45,689 bases of DNA from NCBI GenBank assembly GCA_002256025.1, contig NKIB01014224.1, positions 1 through 45,689 on the forward strand, written 5' to 3'. The stretch's first letter is position 1; each line of letters begins with the position of its first letter. A model generated the notes under the pieces. That model had not been told where the DNA came from. It searched no databases and saw only the letters and a program-made list of their open reading frames with translations. The translations under genes and the position numbers were made by a program. Source of the DNA: Asterionella formosa. Taxonomy: Eukaryota. Shown here one piece after another: positions 34,018-45,689 of the stretch.

Positions 34018-36389
34018 AACGTGTCAACGAAACCCAAAGCAACGACAGCAATAAGCACTTGAATTCGCTCGTGATCATCGTACAGCCCACCATGCCAGCA
34101 TCGAACATGATCATTACCTTGAATGCTGTTCAATCGGAAATTTCTCGCTTTCCAGTTTCCTGCCAAGTAACCGCATTGGATATGAATATCTCTGGTACTG
34201 TCCGAATGGTCCAAATCGACCTGCTCAGTTCTGATCGAGGCAACCTGTACGTGTTGGAAAGTTCGCAGGAGGACGTCGAACCAATCCCGGAGCGTTCTTT
34301 AAGCTTTGCTCCCACCTGCATGGTTTGGTTCGAAGGCTCCCAAGCTGCTTTAATTCTAGCAGCATATCGACCTCCAAATTCGCAGGACGTGGTATATTCC
34401 GTTCGGCTAGATGATGGCGGCATTTTTCACGGAGTTACAAATGAACAGCTCAAGTTTCGCGAGGAAAAACCCAGGCCTGCTATTCCCTATGAGAATATTT
34501 ATGATGCTATTCATGCAGTTGATGTTCACACTCAACAATCTCAACCTGAAGAAGTCCAAGCATTCGAGCATGTACTTCCAACACTCATTGAGCGCGAGAA
34601 GGCTCTGAATTGTATCATTTTCTTGCAACTTCCTTTTTGGATGTCCGTTAGTCACGTACAAAATCATTTGAATACGGATGAAATCATCAACTGTCCATAC
34701 ATACAGATTTTCCCTCCAAACCTATCACAAGACCCACTGTGCCCGCCACCCTGCAAGGGGAAGCCACACATTTGCTTGGCTTCAACGTCGATGGCAGCTA
34801 CGTCTTTGGCTTCGCAAGTTGTTCAAGAGCAATTAGGAGACTCGTTAGAAGATCACGAAAATGTCAAGTTCCAGCGTGATGTAATAGAGTGGGATGTTCG
34901 GCTAGAATCTAGCGAGCCAACGGTGCTACAACAACAAGAAATGCACCTGCCTATCGCTGCATCAACGTCATCACGAACGATCAATATTTCGCACTGGTTT
35001 GGAAACTTGGATCTACTGAATGGTAAACATGGACCAGCGATATTCGTACCAACTCGTCTTTTGGACATCTGCTAAATTGTTGTTCTCGTTTCAAACAGAT
35101 CACATGCAACGTGCAAGAAATTTTTTGGAATTGCAAACGGATTGCACAATTACCACCACTTTTGTCGCACGCAACAAGTTGGGAGTTACGATCACAGGGA
35201 AAGATGGATCTAGTCTCGCAACAGCTGGAAGGTTCGTCGAGAATAGTATCTTGAGTCAGGTTGACGATGTCTTGCATTGTCTCCTCCTCTACGAGATGGC
35301 CCAGACCCCAGGCGAAGATTCAGCAGTGTATCAGCGATCCTCGGTTGACAGCGAGAAAAAGGTATGGATGGCAGTGGTGCCCATTCCTAATAGCTTGCCT
35401 TCTTCTTCAGAAAAAGCAGTGGAGGCTATAATTGCCAACGACGGGATCACACAGATTTTGCGAGATACTGGAAGCCGTGTTAAAATCAAGTATGCAATCA
35501 AGGATTCGATTCCTCCTTTTGTTTACATAGAGGGAACAACATTTCCTCAAGTAGAAAAAGCTGAACTTATGATTGTTGAAAAGATGATGTCTTACGTGGA
35601 TTGCACCAGCAATGTTGATGATACGGCGATAGCACCCTTAAGTGGGGACAGAAGATCTCCAGAACGATTAGCAGAAGACAATGAACCCGAAAAGAAGAAA
35701 TCAAAGCTGACAGGATTCTCTCGAGATTATGAGATACCTTCTTGGTATGGTGGCACTCGTATTTCTTACTGTAAGTTTTTTTGCTCTGAGTGCAATATTC
35801 GCTAAACATGCAATTCTAAACAGGGTCCGACACAGTGAACCTTCTAGAGTCAAAAGCCTCACTAGAAGCTCGAGCTGGATGCATCATACAAATCTGTCGT
35901 GAGAAATCACCTAGTGGTAATTCACTTGTTATTGTTCGGTTGAATGTTGAAAACGAGGCAGATTTGGATAAGGCGCACTCGAACGTGGTTGATGAATTGT
36001 TGGCTGTTGTCGCTCACGATATTCGAGGGGTCACCTATCATAGTTTTCTAGTTGGCCGACTTCGTTACCTATGGTGTAGGAGATTAAATGGAGAAGCCGT
36101 GAAGCAAGCGGTAGGGGTCGAAGGGCGGGGACACATTTGGCTTCTTGTTGTTGAACTCGGAGGCATTGACAAAAGCGAAATTGGGGCAGTGCTTGGGATC
36201 GACGGCAAAAAGAGGAAGATGCTAGAATCCATATTTCGCTCTTTTATCTTTCTGGTGCCTCACTCATCTCCTTTTATCTATATTGAGGGAATCGACAAAG
36301 AGCAGGTGGAGGCTGTTGGGCGATTGATTCAAAGATCGAAAGCAAGACATGCCGGAATATCTGAACATGAACCCATTTCGCTCCTGTAA
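34018..36389 (+). CDS. Protein with degenerate KH-like RNA-binding repeats; exons (5' unresolved) 34018-35022, 35099-35770, 35824-36389
   Basis: Introns 35023-35098 and 35771-35823 join three ORFs in frame. KH-like units AIIANDGITQILRDTGSRVKI..VYIEG..QVEKA and IGAVLGIDGKKRKMLES..IYIEG..QVEAV. The start exon upstream of the acceptor at 34017 could not be resolved. Confidence 0.6.
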
Positions 36390-36637
36390 GCCATGGTAAT
36401 CGGTTCGATTCTTCATGTACTTTACTCAGATATAGTGACTATAGGCGCCTTTGTGATCTGTATTAGCATGTTTATATAGTATTCATACCAAAATTTGTTG
36501 TTCGCCGTAAGTTATATCGTTACAAGGGTCCGAGGTACCTTATTAATGGTGCTTGTTATCAGTAGTTGTTCCAGTATCTATTCCAACAAGGATTTCAATT
36601 TTGCGTAGTGTTACCACCAAGTAAAAATGGAATCTGA

Positions 36638-37639
36638 TTATAGCCCGATCAGTACAACATTTCTCCCCTCATCCAGAAGCTCTTTTGTCGTGGCACAGAT
36701 GACGCTTTTGCTGTAAATGTCGAACTCTGTACCTTCGACATGATTAATCAACGCTTCTATGGCACATCCTGCCTCTAAACAAACAACAAGTGCTGCGCAA
36801 TAGTCCCATGGCTTCCATCCCTCTCCAGCCACACCCGAATAAACAATGTCTAGTCGTCCACTGGCAACATAACAAAGATCAAGCACACCAGATCCAATTT
36901 GTCGGGTTGTCCTACATCCGTGAGTCATTATATTTCCTAATGCTTTGAGCATTCTGTCCACTGCTGTTGTCGATCGCGCATATCCAAATTCAGTATTGAC
37001 AACGGCGCTCGATAGTGAAGTGACCTTTTTGATGGGATCAAGTTTCACTCCATTTCTATATGCCCCATGTCCCCTGACAGCAAGATATATTTCCAGCGTA
37101 GCAGGAGCGTAAATCACCCCTAGAACAGGTTTGCCGCCGACGCAAAGTCCCAAACTGACACAACTGAGCGGTAGGCCGCTTGCGAAGTTTGTGGTCCCGT
37201 CAATCGGATCAATGATCCAAGTGGGTGCTTCGGTGAGAGTAGGTATTTCACCAGTACCAGTTGACTCTTCTCCAATGACCACGTGCGAAGGAAAGTGCTT
37301 CTGAATACTCGCAATGACAAAATTCTCGTTCATCACGTCAATGAGCGTGCAAAAATCTTCTGGAGTTCCTTTCGTCGATATTCCAAGATCCCTCTCCGAT
37401 AATTGGCCAATAGTTCCCTTTCTTGAATAGTGCTGCATCATGTTGTTACCACATTGAAGCGCAAGGCAAAGTGCGAGACGAAGTTCTTTGGAATACCCAG
37501 ATTTCAACAGCTGTGAAGGGATGCGTTGGTGCCTTCTTTCTTCGCCCGCCTTGTACATCCATGCGAGGCTTGCACCCACCGAAGCCGCAGCAACAAGCGA
37601 GGCAATCGTCGTGGCTCTGTCCCGAGATGAAGAGGCCAT
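36638..37639 (-). CDS. Inositol monophosphatase
   Basis: VIGEES, WIIDPIDGTTNF, RQIGSGVLDLCYVASGRLD, WKPWDYCAA. N-terminal hydrophobic anchor-like segment. Confidence 0.95.
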   Translation of the reverse strand: MASSSRDRATTIASLVAAASVGASLAWMYKAGEERRHQRIPSQLLKSGYSKELRLALCLALQCGNNMMQHYSRKGTIGQLSERDLGISTKGTPEDFCTLIDVMNENFVIASIQKHFPSHVVIGEESTGTGEIPTLTEAPTWIIDPIDGTTNFASGLPLSCVSLGLCVGGKPVLGVIYAPATLEIYLAVRGHGAYRNGVKLDPIKKVTSLSSAVVNTEFGYARSTTAVDRMLKALGNIMTHGCRTTRQIGSGVLDLCYVASGRLDIVYSGVAGEGWKPWDYCAALVVCLEAGCAIEALINHVEGTEFDIYSKSVICATTKELLDEGRNVVLIGL

Positions 37640-38004
37640 GGTGTGACAGCGAGAGTTTGCGGAAAATTGCTCCGAGCAAAAGCTGTATTAAAAATTGATA
37701 CCGGTACTCATGTCTCAGCCAACATACGAAATACCGGTATTGCTCGTGGTACCTGGTACCTGGTACCATGGGGCATCAATCATTTTGAAGTCCACCATAC
37801 CATGACATACCGGCAATATTTATTCCTGGAGGTACATAAAATCAGTCAAATTCAGTCACAGCAGTGTACATTGCGGGGGAAGAAATATACCGGTACTGCG
37901 TATGTATTTGCTTCGTTGTGAAGCCCCGATAGTATACCGGTAGTCAGCTATAGACCAGTATGGATATAAATATATAAACCAACAGCTGATTTTAATTCAC
38001 CACC

Positions 38005-38949
38005 ATGGACACCTCTCCACCAGCGGCAGGACGCTCGACTCTCAGCTTTGCCATATTGATCTTCATTGCTCACAACTTGGCAAATTCATTATTGCTATCC
38101 GCTTGGAATCCATTGAGATGCGCTTATTGGAATCAGCTAGAATGCACACATGATGAAGGGTGGATGGCTAACTGGTTTTCCTTCGCTCATCTTCATGTGA
38201 CAACTGTCCTGGGATGTATGCTGGCTAAGTCAACGCCATCACAACAAGAAAAGCTCGCATACTTGATTTGTGCCATTATTACGACCTATCTTGCCGAAGG
38301 AGTGTTTACACTTGATCGATTGGATTGGCTCATGGCTGCATTGCAAACAATGTTCTATCTCGGCATCATGTCTTGGATATTTTATGACACGTACGACGAT
38401 CCAAACAAAATAATCTATCCCCAGCCCTATTTTCCGAAACTAGTAGGATCAAGGACGAACATGTCTCTAAGTATTAGCTTTGATGCCCGCTCGAAGTTTC
38501 CAATGGCAACCATTGCCCTTGGGATGCACCTCCTTTCCTCACTGATGAGAGTAGTCGATATGACCTTTGGTTCTGGACGAAGTGGTTATCGAGGAGACAT
38601 ATCGAGGTGAGAATTTCTGGCTGATTGCGCTTCTCTGTATACGTACATCTTATATGCTCATATTGGACCCTTGTTCATGTATTATCCGTTGACAAGTGCT
38701 ATTTACCAAAGTATATCGAGTTTCGCTGTATGTGACATGATGTTGGTCGCCTTCTTGTTAGTTTTTTGCTTAAAATTCTACACATCGGATCAACACAAAC
38801 TAGTTTTGTGGGGACAGGCAGGCGTTCTCTTTCTCTCGCAAGTTATGCTAGCAGGCAACCAAGGCGCCATGCTGGACCCCGAAATGGCGATGGCGGGTTC
38901 CATCGGGACTTTTGTTTTTATCGTTATTGCGATCGTGGGGGCTTTGTAA
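38005..38949 (+). CDS. Hypothetical multipass membrane protein; exons 38005-38606, 38697-38949
   Basis: A 90-nt GT-AG intron joins two hydrophobic ORFs in frame; about 8 TM segments. No family recognised. Confidence 0.7.
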
Positions 38950-39062
38950 TAGCTTTTGAAAAGAGTACTGGCATACTGATGAATGCGAGTTTATTTGTGG
39001 GATCAGCTACCGGTATGCATGATCAGGGGATTCGTTTCGACCAACAAATATCAAAATTCTAG

Positions 39063-39688
39063 TTAAAGATTGATCTTGCGAACGATTCGATAGAAATCGT
39101 CTTTTGAAATAAAGCCTTCCCCACTCAGATCGGCCTCGTCCACCATTTCGTGCAACATCTCATCAGAATAATCTTCGCCTAGCTCTACAGTGACTCGTTT
39201 CAGGTCTTCAAGACAAATGACACCCTTACCATCGCGGTCGAAGTAGTCAAAGGCGGTTTCGGACAGTTGCTTTTGCTCCAGTGTGATTGAGGCAATTTCG
39301 GAAAATAGAGAAAGGTCGAGAGTGTCGTTCCCTGGCGAGAGGAAAGAAATGATGTCTTCAGTCCTGACAGAAATCCCTAGAGACTGAAGTGCTGACTTGG
39401 CATCCTTAATCTGGATCATTCCTGCATGTGAGCATTAGAAAACCGCCCCCCAATGAATCCAGAGGGCTACCGGTAGAGTATTTCAAAGCACTTACCATTC
39501 TTTTCTGCACGACCAAATGCTACACGAAACGCTTCTTCTTGCTCCTTGTTGAGACGAGGAGCTACTCGCTGCTCTCTTGGTCGCTTCTTCGCGTTTTTCC
39601 TGGATGGCTATACACGGATGAGTTTTGTGGGAGCGGGTAGAGGCATCGTTCTACTTCATCGCATCCTTATTATTATGCTTACCACCAT
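39063..39688 (-). CDS. Centrin/calmodulin-like EF-hand protein; exons 39688-39683, 39607-39496, 39421-39063
   Basis: Spliced MV|PSRKNAKKRPREQRVAPRLNKEQEEAFRVAFGRAEKN|GMIQIKDAKSALQSLG...AFDYFDRDGKGVICLEDLKRVTVELGEDYSDEMLHEMVDEADLSGEGFISKDDF; the C-lobe is centrin-like. Confidence 0.85.
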
Positions 39689-40125
39689 TGTGTTGCGACA
39701 AAACGAGTTCCTGCCAAATCCCTTGATAGAGGTGCTGATATGACGATGCTAATGATGATAGGCGAACACTTCAATTGACCATCTCTTCATTATATTTTCT
39801 GCTGTTGCGATTAATAATAAAATCAATGCAGGTTCCGGTACCAGTAAGTCTAAACAAAATGTACGTACGGATATTGTCATATCATATAAAATATCATACA
39901 CGTACCGGTACCTGGTACCAGGTACAGAGGATGTGAGGAAAGGGTAGCTGGTATCGGACGTACCAGTAGCCTACCAGGTACTTACTATTAGCGAGGAGAA
40001 GGACACGTAGGTCTATAATTCATCGATTTTCGTTTCTTAGCATCCCACAATCGAACTAGATTGTATATATATATGTACTGTTCGTTCACAACAAAAAGTG
40101 TGGTGTAGTATGCTTTGGACGGTCC

Positions 40126-40611
40126 CTAGAATTCAGAATCCGTACTACCCGCCTTACCTAAAATCTCAATATCAAACAGTAAATTGGAATTTTCCGGAAT
40201 GAAAAATGCCCCTCCCTTTTGTCCCATGGGCTTTCCGCCATACCCCTTGGCCGATGGAACATGCAGAAGCGCACGTTCCCCTTCCTTCATTTGCAAAACA
40301 CCTTCGGTCCACCCAACAATCAAATTCAAACCGGGTTGAAATTCAAAAGGGGCGTCTACGCCATGGAGGGCGCCGTGTTCTTTTCGGGTAGACCAACCAG
40401 AAGGGGTTTTGCTGCCGTCGTCGTTTTCAATGTACAGAGTCACCATGGATGTATAGTAATGCTCGCTTGTCACCATGGGACTATCAGCTGGAGCAGCAGT
40501 TGTGATTTCTACCACGACGACACCTTGCTCGGCACTTATTTTTGTCATGATCAGCATACCAAATGCAAGGATTTGCAGGAGATGAAGGAAGAAGAATGAA
40601 TAATGCATCAT
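40126..40611 (-). CDS. FKBP-type peptidyl-prolyl isomerase, secretory pathway
   Basis: PFEFQPGLNLIVGWTEGVLQMKEGERALLHVPSAKGYG...IPENSNLLFDIEIL. Signal peptide from ATG 40611; C-terminal DSEF resembles an ER-retention variant. Confidence 0.88.
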   Translation of the reverse strand: MMHYSFFFLHLLQILAFGMLIMTKISAEQGVVVVEITTAAPADSPMVTSEHYYTSMVTLYIENDDGSKTPSGWSTRKEHGALHGVDAPFEFQPGLNLIVGWTEGVLQMKEGERALLHVPSAKGYGGKPMGQKGGAFFIPENSNLLFDIEILGKAGSTDSEF

Positions 40612-41500
40612 GTAGATAGATAACAATATGGTAACTCAGCAGTTACAAATGCTCTACCGGTACCTGGTAGCATTGTTTTGAGAGTGCGATCATGATTTAT
40701 TTCGTTTCGTCTCTAAGAGGGCGGAAGCCCTGTTCCTCCATGACCTCGAATGACAGGAACGAGGCAAGTGAGCGAAGTTCCGGTAAAAGACGGTTGAGAC
40801 TATGAGGAAAACAAAGCTAATTTCTCATTTACTGCTGCCACTTAATTATGGGTACCTGGTACCGGTACCCTGGTAGCCAGGGGGAGAAGGATACTACTTG
40901 GTACTTGTTATACATGATATACCGGGTATGTAGTCTACATACACAGTGAATATACCGGTAAGTACCTACTGGTTGTGACCACACTCGGTGTACCTAGAGC
41001 ACTCGTACCAGGTACTACCAGGTACCAGGAGGGTGCCAGGTCCTACCCGACCAATTACATATTCATTCTTCGTACTTGCTTCCTGCCGGCACTTACTCGT
41101 GCGCATGACTACCACGTACCTGGTACCACCGGTGCGTAGTACACCTTCTAGTTTGAACACAATGAGCGACAAGGGGAGGAACGTGGTAAAAAATAATTTA
41201 GTTCAACAGTGTGAAGTGTGTATGTTTTAGTACTATGCAGTGTTACACCCAGCGACCGAACCCATGCAATTATGAATATACCTTGGCCCAAAACAACGCG
41301 CCAAAATTTACTACTGTAATGTAGGTACGCCACATCATAGGTATGCATCGATTTTTTGCAAATCAATTTGTATAAAAATATACGGGTATCAATACACATA
41401 TTACATACATCACAGGCCTCAATGCATGACAGGCAAGAAAAAAAGGACTGTGTACTGCGAGACACTCATCAAGCCTCTCCAAAATCAAGAACGAACTAAA

Positions 41501-43399
41501 ATGGTTGCTGAAGCCATTGAACCCTCCGTAACTCTGGATTCCATTGCGCTCAAGATCAATCAGGGTCTGGAAGAACTAACTGCAACTGATTTGAAAGAGC
41601 TGCAATCGATCGCCGTCCACGACATAAATCATGAGGTATGCACTGCGACAGACTTGAACGCCATTACAGTTCAGGAACATGCATTGCTTCTTTGGGGTTG
41701 CAGGTTTCGTCACTCACTTTTTACACATTCTGCCAAATAGGTTATTCCGGCATTGAACAGGGCCTTTCTCCAAAATAAGGTAACGTCTGACCTTCAAATC
41801 GTTCGCTTTACTGGAATGGTCCAGGACATGCTCGAGCCGGAATTTTATGTATCTAAAGTCCAGGGTGTCAATACACACTTTCGAGACTTTTACCCGGAAG
41901 CCGTGGACGAAATGGATCTTTCTCAACATTTAGCGGAACGTCATCCACTTGTGGTTGTGCCACTTCCGTATTATTCAGGAGCATTCGGAATGGCCCTGGC
42001 GACGAAGGGGGAGGACTCCTTGCACGACAATACCGCCAACTCTAACGTCGCTCCGTCCAACAAACGCGAAATTGGTCAAGTCAACGAGGAAGAACATGAG
42101 ATTAGAAGGGCCCCCGGTTGTGGCAGCAGCACCGCTTCGCCTGTGTCGACTCGTGACGCTACCGTGTTGCTCAACTGCAGTAGTGCGACTACCTTGAAGC
42201 AGAACGATTGGTGGCCAGCAGGCACATTGGGATCCAATCATGGCGACTGCCCCGTATTGGCCAAGTTGTATTATGAGCAAACCAGCACTGATAACTGCCG
42301 CCTCAAATTGAACCAAATTGTTGAATTAATTGGTGTCTTGTCCCTTGACCCCTTCGAAGCAGATTTCGACGTCACTGACGATTCATTCGGGGTGGACAGG
42401 TTGATAATACCTCCTCCAAGTTTGCTACCAAGATTACACGTCCTGTGTGTAACACAGGTAGATTTAGAAGGTACAAGTCAAACTGAGAATTCCGTTTCAG
42501 AGGATGAAAAGAAACGAATCCTTCAATATTTGACGGAACAAGTCGGTGGAGAAACAACAGCTGAAGCACTTTTGATGGTTTTACTCAGTTTGGCGGAACG
42601 TCAACCAGATGCCCATGCTGCATTTATCCCGGTGATGACAATGTCAGAAACGACATTGGGATGCGCGTCTCTCAATCTTATTCTGCCAGACGAGGGAGCC
42701 TGCGTTGCTATGCAAGGAACACTGGAACATGTTTTGCGTCAATTCCTTCCCATTGTCGCATCTTGCTCACTTGCAGAGCTAGGTCGCAGCCTCGTGTCAC
42801 CGGAAAAAACAAATTCAGGCCGCTTGAACCCCTCACCACTGCAGCTTCCAAAGGGAGCGGCAATCATTATCAATGAAGCAACAATGCAACCTGGTCTGAT
42901 TGAGCCACGCTCACTAGCTACCCTGGCGGCTTTGTCGAATTTGAGTCAGTCTCACACAGTGCCCTATCATTTTAATGCCATGATACCCTATCAATGGGAA
43001 GCAGATTACCGTGTCATTGTCTTGTCCGCCAGCAATCGAGGTGTCGGCAGCAAGCTCATGCCATGTGGCTTACAACATGTTGTGCACGACGCAATTCCAA
43101 GCAGTAGAACATGCCTTCCCAAGGAAACAGTGAATGCGATCAGCTCGTACTTGACTAAAGTTCGTACCATGACGGCTCCACACCATAAAATTCTGTTGGA
43201 CGATGTCTTGGAGGATGCCCAACGTGAATTTATCAAGCGCCGAATCCAAGCCAGGCAATCAGGTACGACGGAATGTGGAGAGCAAGATTTGCATCGGTGG
43301 ATCGCATTGACAGCATTGCAAACACGAAGTCGTGGAGCCATGACGGCGACTTTGCAAGATTGGAATGCTTCACTTTGCCTCGACGAGACCATGCGCTAA
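41501..43399 (+). CDS. MCMBP: Mini-chromosome maintenance complex-binding protein; exons 41501-41635, 41741-43399
   Basis: IVRFTGMVQDMLEPEFY, LAERHPLVVVP, LKLNQIVELIGVL, PPPSLLPRLH, RLNPSPLQLPKG..IINEATMQPG, LHRW. Phase-0 105-nt intron. Confidence 0.88.
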
Positions 43400-43749
43400 A
43401 GAGAGTAACATGAACGTTGAGGGGTGAAAATAGGGGATACGTTCTTAAGGGTTAGGTCAACGAAACATCGAAAGGACAATGAAGGCTGCCAAGGAGTTGA
43501 CAGGGTCAGAGGACATCATGCGACCTCTATCCGATGCGACCACTAATTGCTCCTGGAAACGACATGGGCAGATATAACTTACAGTGCAGCAGGCACCACT
43601 TATAAGCATTCTAATTGAACCTTGTTCTGTACCTAGTTTGTAGCCGACACAAAAGGCGAAACTGACGGGGAGAGCGCATTCATTAGAATTCGTGAACATT
43701 TTTACTATGGCATTCAATACAGTTGGGTGTTGACACACACTTAAAATCC

Positions 43750-45096
43750 CTACTGCCAACCCATCAGTTTTGTCCAACCCATTAGTTTGGCTCCCAAATT
43801 TACTCGCTCCGCCAAAGTAGGTCCACCAACCGCGCCATCATTTCTAAGACCATGATCGGCGGCTAATACTTCCGGAGGAACGGCGGACCGAACACTGACG
43901 ATTGGTGTAATTGCCAATTTGGAGGCTTTCTCCACTTCCTTAGGTCCCCAACGAGACGCTTTGCCAGCAGCTGCAATTTTAATGTTACGAATGTGATAAT
44001 TCATAGTTTCATGGGTGACCGTTGGTCGTGTCACGACAGCGCCGGTGGTAAGCCTTTCCGCCAAGGTTAATCCCCCGACACCTCCATCGCTTCGAAGTCC
44101 ATGATCTGCTGCCGCAATGATATCTGGAGTCACAATAGCCCTGGCAGCCAGGGATGCAACTGGTATGGTCGCAGTGGACGGAGTGGATGCCGCGATTGGT
44201 GTGACGGCCACGCCTGCTGCCTTTTGCACCTCCATGGGTCCCCAACGTGAGGACTTCCCAGCAGCAACAACCCTTTCATTTCTCCTTTGGTAGTACATCT
44301 CTTGAGGTGACGCGAGTCTTGCAACTGTAGCAACTGGTTCTGCCATTTGCAAGGTATTTCCCCCAGTTACTAGGGATGCCCGATGTGACTCCAAGTCCCC
44401 CCAACGGGATTTTCCAGCCGCTGCTGCCGCACTGACCTTGGCATTACGAGTGCTATACAAATCATTTGCCACAGGAGGGATAGTTGCAACATCGGCAGGT
44501 CGTGCTACCGCCCCCAAAATAAGTAATTTTTCTTCGTACTTTTTGGCCACCGCAGCTTCTGCTTGTTGGACTGCAAGTCGCTTCTGTTCTTGGGCTTCAA
44601 CAATGTAGTTGGTTATGAAGGATTGATAGGACGACAATTTCGCTTGCAGCTCTTCCATGGATCCACTGGGAGCAGCAGAATTGCCGATGGTGACCATTGA
44701 ACCACCTGTGCCTGCTTTAAGTGCTTCCACTTCTTTTTTGAGTTCCTGATGATGAACGAGCATGAACAACATCATGTCAGCACAATATGCGTGTGTAGCT
44801 ATAAATGAATACTTGAACCTCCACAGTGCACACTTGAGGCATAGTTCCTTCTGCGATCAATCACTCACATCAATCTCCGCTTGCTTTTTCGCTTCGGCTT
44901 GTTTGACTGCTGCCAGTTTTGCTTCGTGAGCCTTGGCCATGTAATCGGTTAGCGCCTTGGCGGATTCTTCAGGTGTCGGGAGAGTCGCATGGAGCCAAGT
45001 GGTGGATTGAGCAGTATTTCTTTTTCTAGTCGGAGCAAAGCCCGTAGTAGTGCTCAAGAGCAGTGACGCGAGGACGCAGGATGGAATCAACCTCAT
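43750..45096 (-). CDS. Plastid-targeted hypothetical protein with coiled coils and internal repeats; exons 45096-44869, 44745-43750
   Basis: Presequence MRLIPSCVLASLLLSTTTG-FAP fits the ASAFAP rule; phase-0 123-nt intron; three 'YxxRNxxVxAAxKxSRWG' and two 'AADHGLRxDGxVGGxTLAER' repeats. Confidence 0.82.
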
Positions 45097-45499
45097 TGTC
45101 AACTGATGTTTGTCAATTTCCCTTTTTGTGGTTGTCAATGTAAAGCAGGAAGAATTACTGTCATTTAGTACTAAATGGATATAGCTAATAATACATATAT
45201 GTACCGGAAAATAAAAAAAGTTTATGCAAGACCATACGCACACGTATTTCTATGTATATAGTCTACTACGGTATCGTATCGTTTTCTATTTAACTAAATA
45301 TACTACCGGTATGCACTATGTGCCGACTTCACTGCATGACAGTACCTGGTACCCAGGGTACCACCAGGTACCTTTGTAGCAGGGACTTATGTTACCGGTA
45401 GCTACATCAAGATACGTCATGATAAAATATATGGAATCCAACGAATCGAGAATCAATATTCTTAGTAGTGATTAGAAACCAAGACCCAAAACATGCGAC

Positions 45500-45621
45500 A
45501 TTTATTGACAAATGACTGGAGATGTTTACTTATTGACAAGTGAATCAGATGCTCACTTATTGTCAAAAGAATAAGTGCTGCTCACTTATTGTCAAATGAA
45601 TATGCTTACTTATTGTCAAAG
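45500..45621 (+). repeat. Array of 5 degenerate copies of atgctYacttattgWcaaa, period ~25-30 bp
   Basis: ttattgWcaa cores at ~45502, 45530, 45557, 45586 and 45610. Confidence 0.8.
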
Positions 45622-45689
45622 TAAGCAAGATCATTTTGACGGGATCAAGGAAAGTGTGAGAAGTCTTGTTCGGGATTACATGAGTAATC

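Noticed and set aside
45500..45621. CRISPR-like repeat-spacer array
   Set aside because: Spacers are only ~6-11 nt, repeats are degenerate, there are no cas genes and the context is eukaryotic.

Overview
Eukaryotic nuclear DNA, most likely from a diatom. The evidence is short GT-AG introns, bipartite signal+transit presequences with a Phe at +1, a diatom-style HSF and a plant-type MSH1. I reconstructed 16 protein-coding genes, with splice junctions checked by hand for frame: a SLAC1/TDT-family channel, an HSF, proteasome alpha-6, MSH1, a MYST acetyltransferase, an RNASEK/V-ATPase f-like protein, a DUF5672-like protein, a MEKHLA protein, a VOC/glyoxalase-like protein, a KH-like protein, inositol monophosphatase, a multipass membrane protein, a centrin-like protein, an FKBP, MCMBP and a plastid-targeted repeat protein. 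Gene blocks are separated by AT-rich islands of decayed transposons (PIF/Harbinger, pogo-like, foldback/MITE-like). Four observations stand out: (1) MSH1 carries an N-terminal segment that looks like the thumb of a family-A DNA polymerase; (2) a palindromic heptamer array (GGTACCW)n marks most promoter regions; (3) a plastid-targeted protein has repeated 'KSRWG' and 'AADHGLR' modules; (4) an unusually long, hairpin-rich intron lies in the RNASEK-like gene. All family assignments come from motif recognition by eye; no searches were run.
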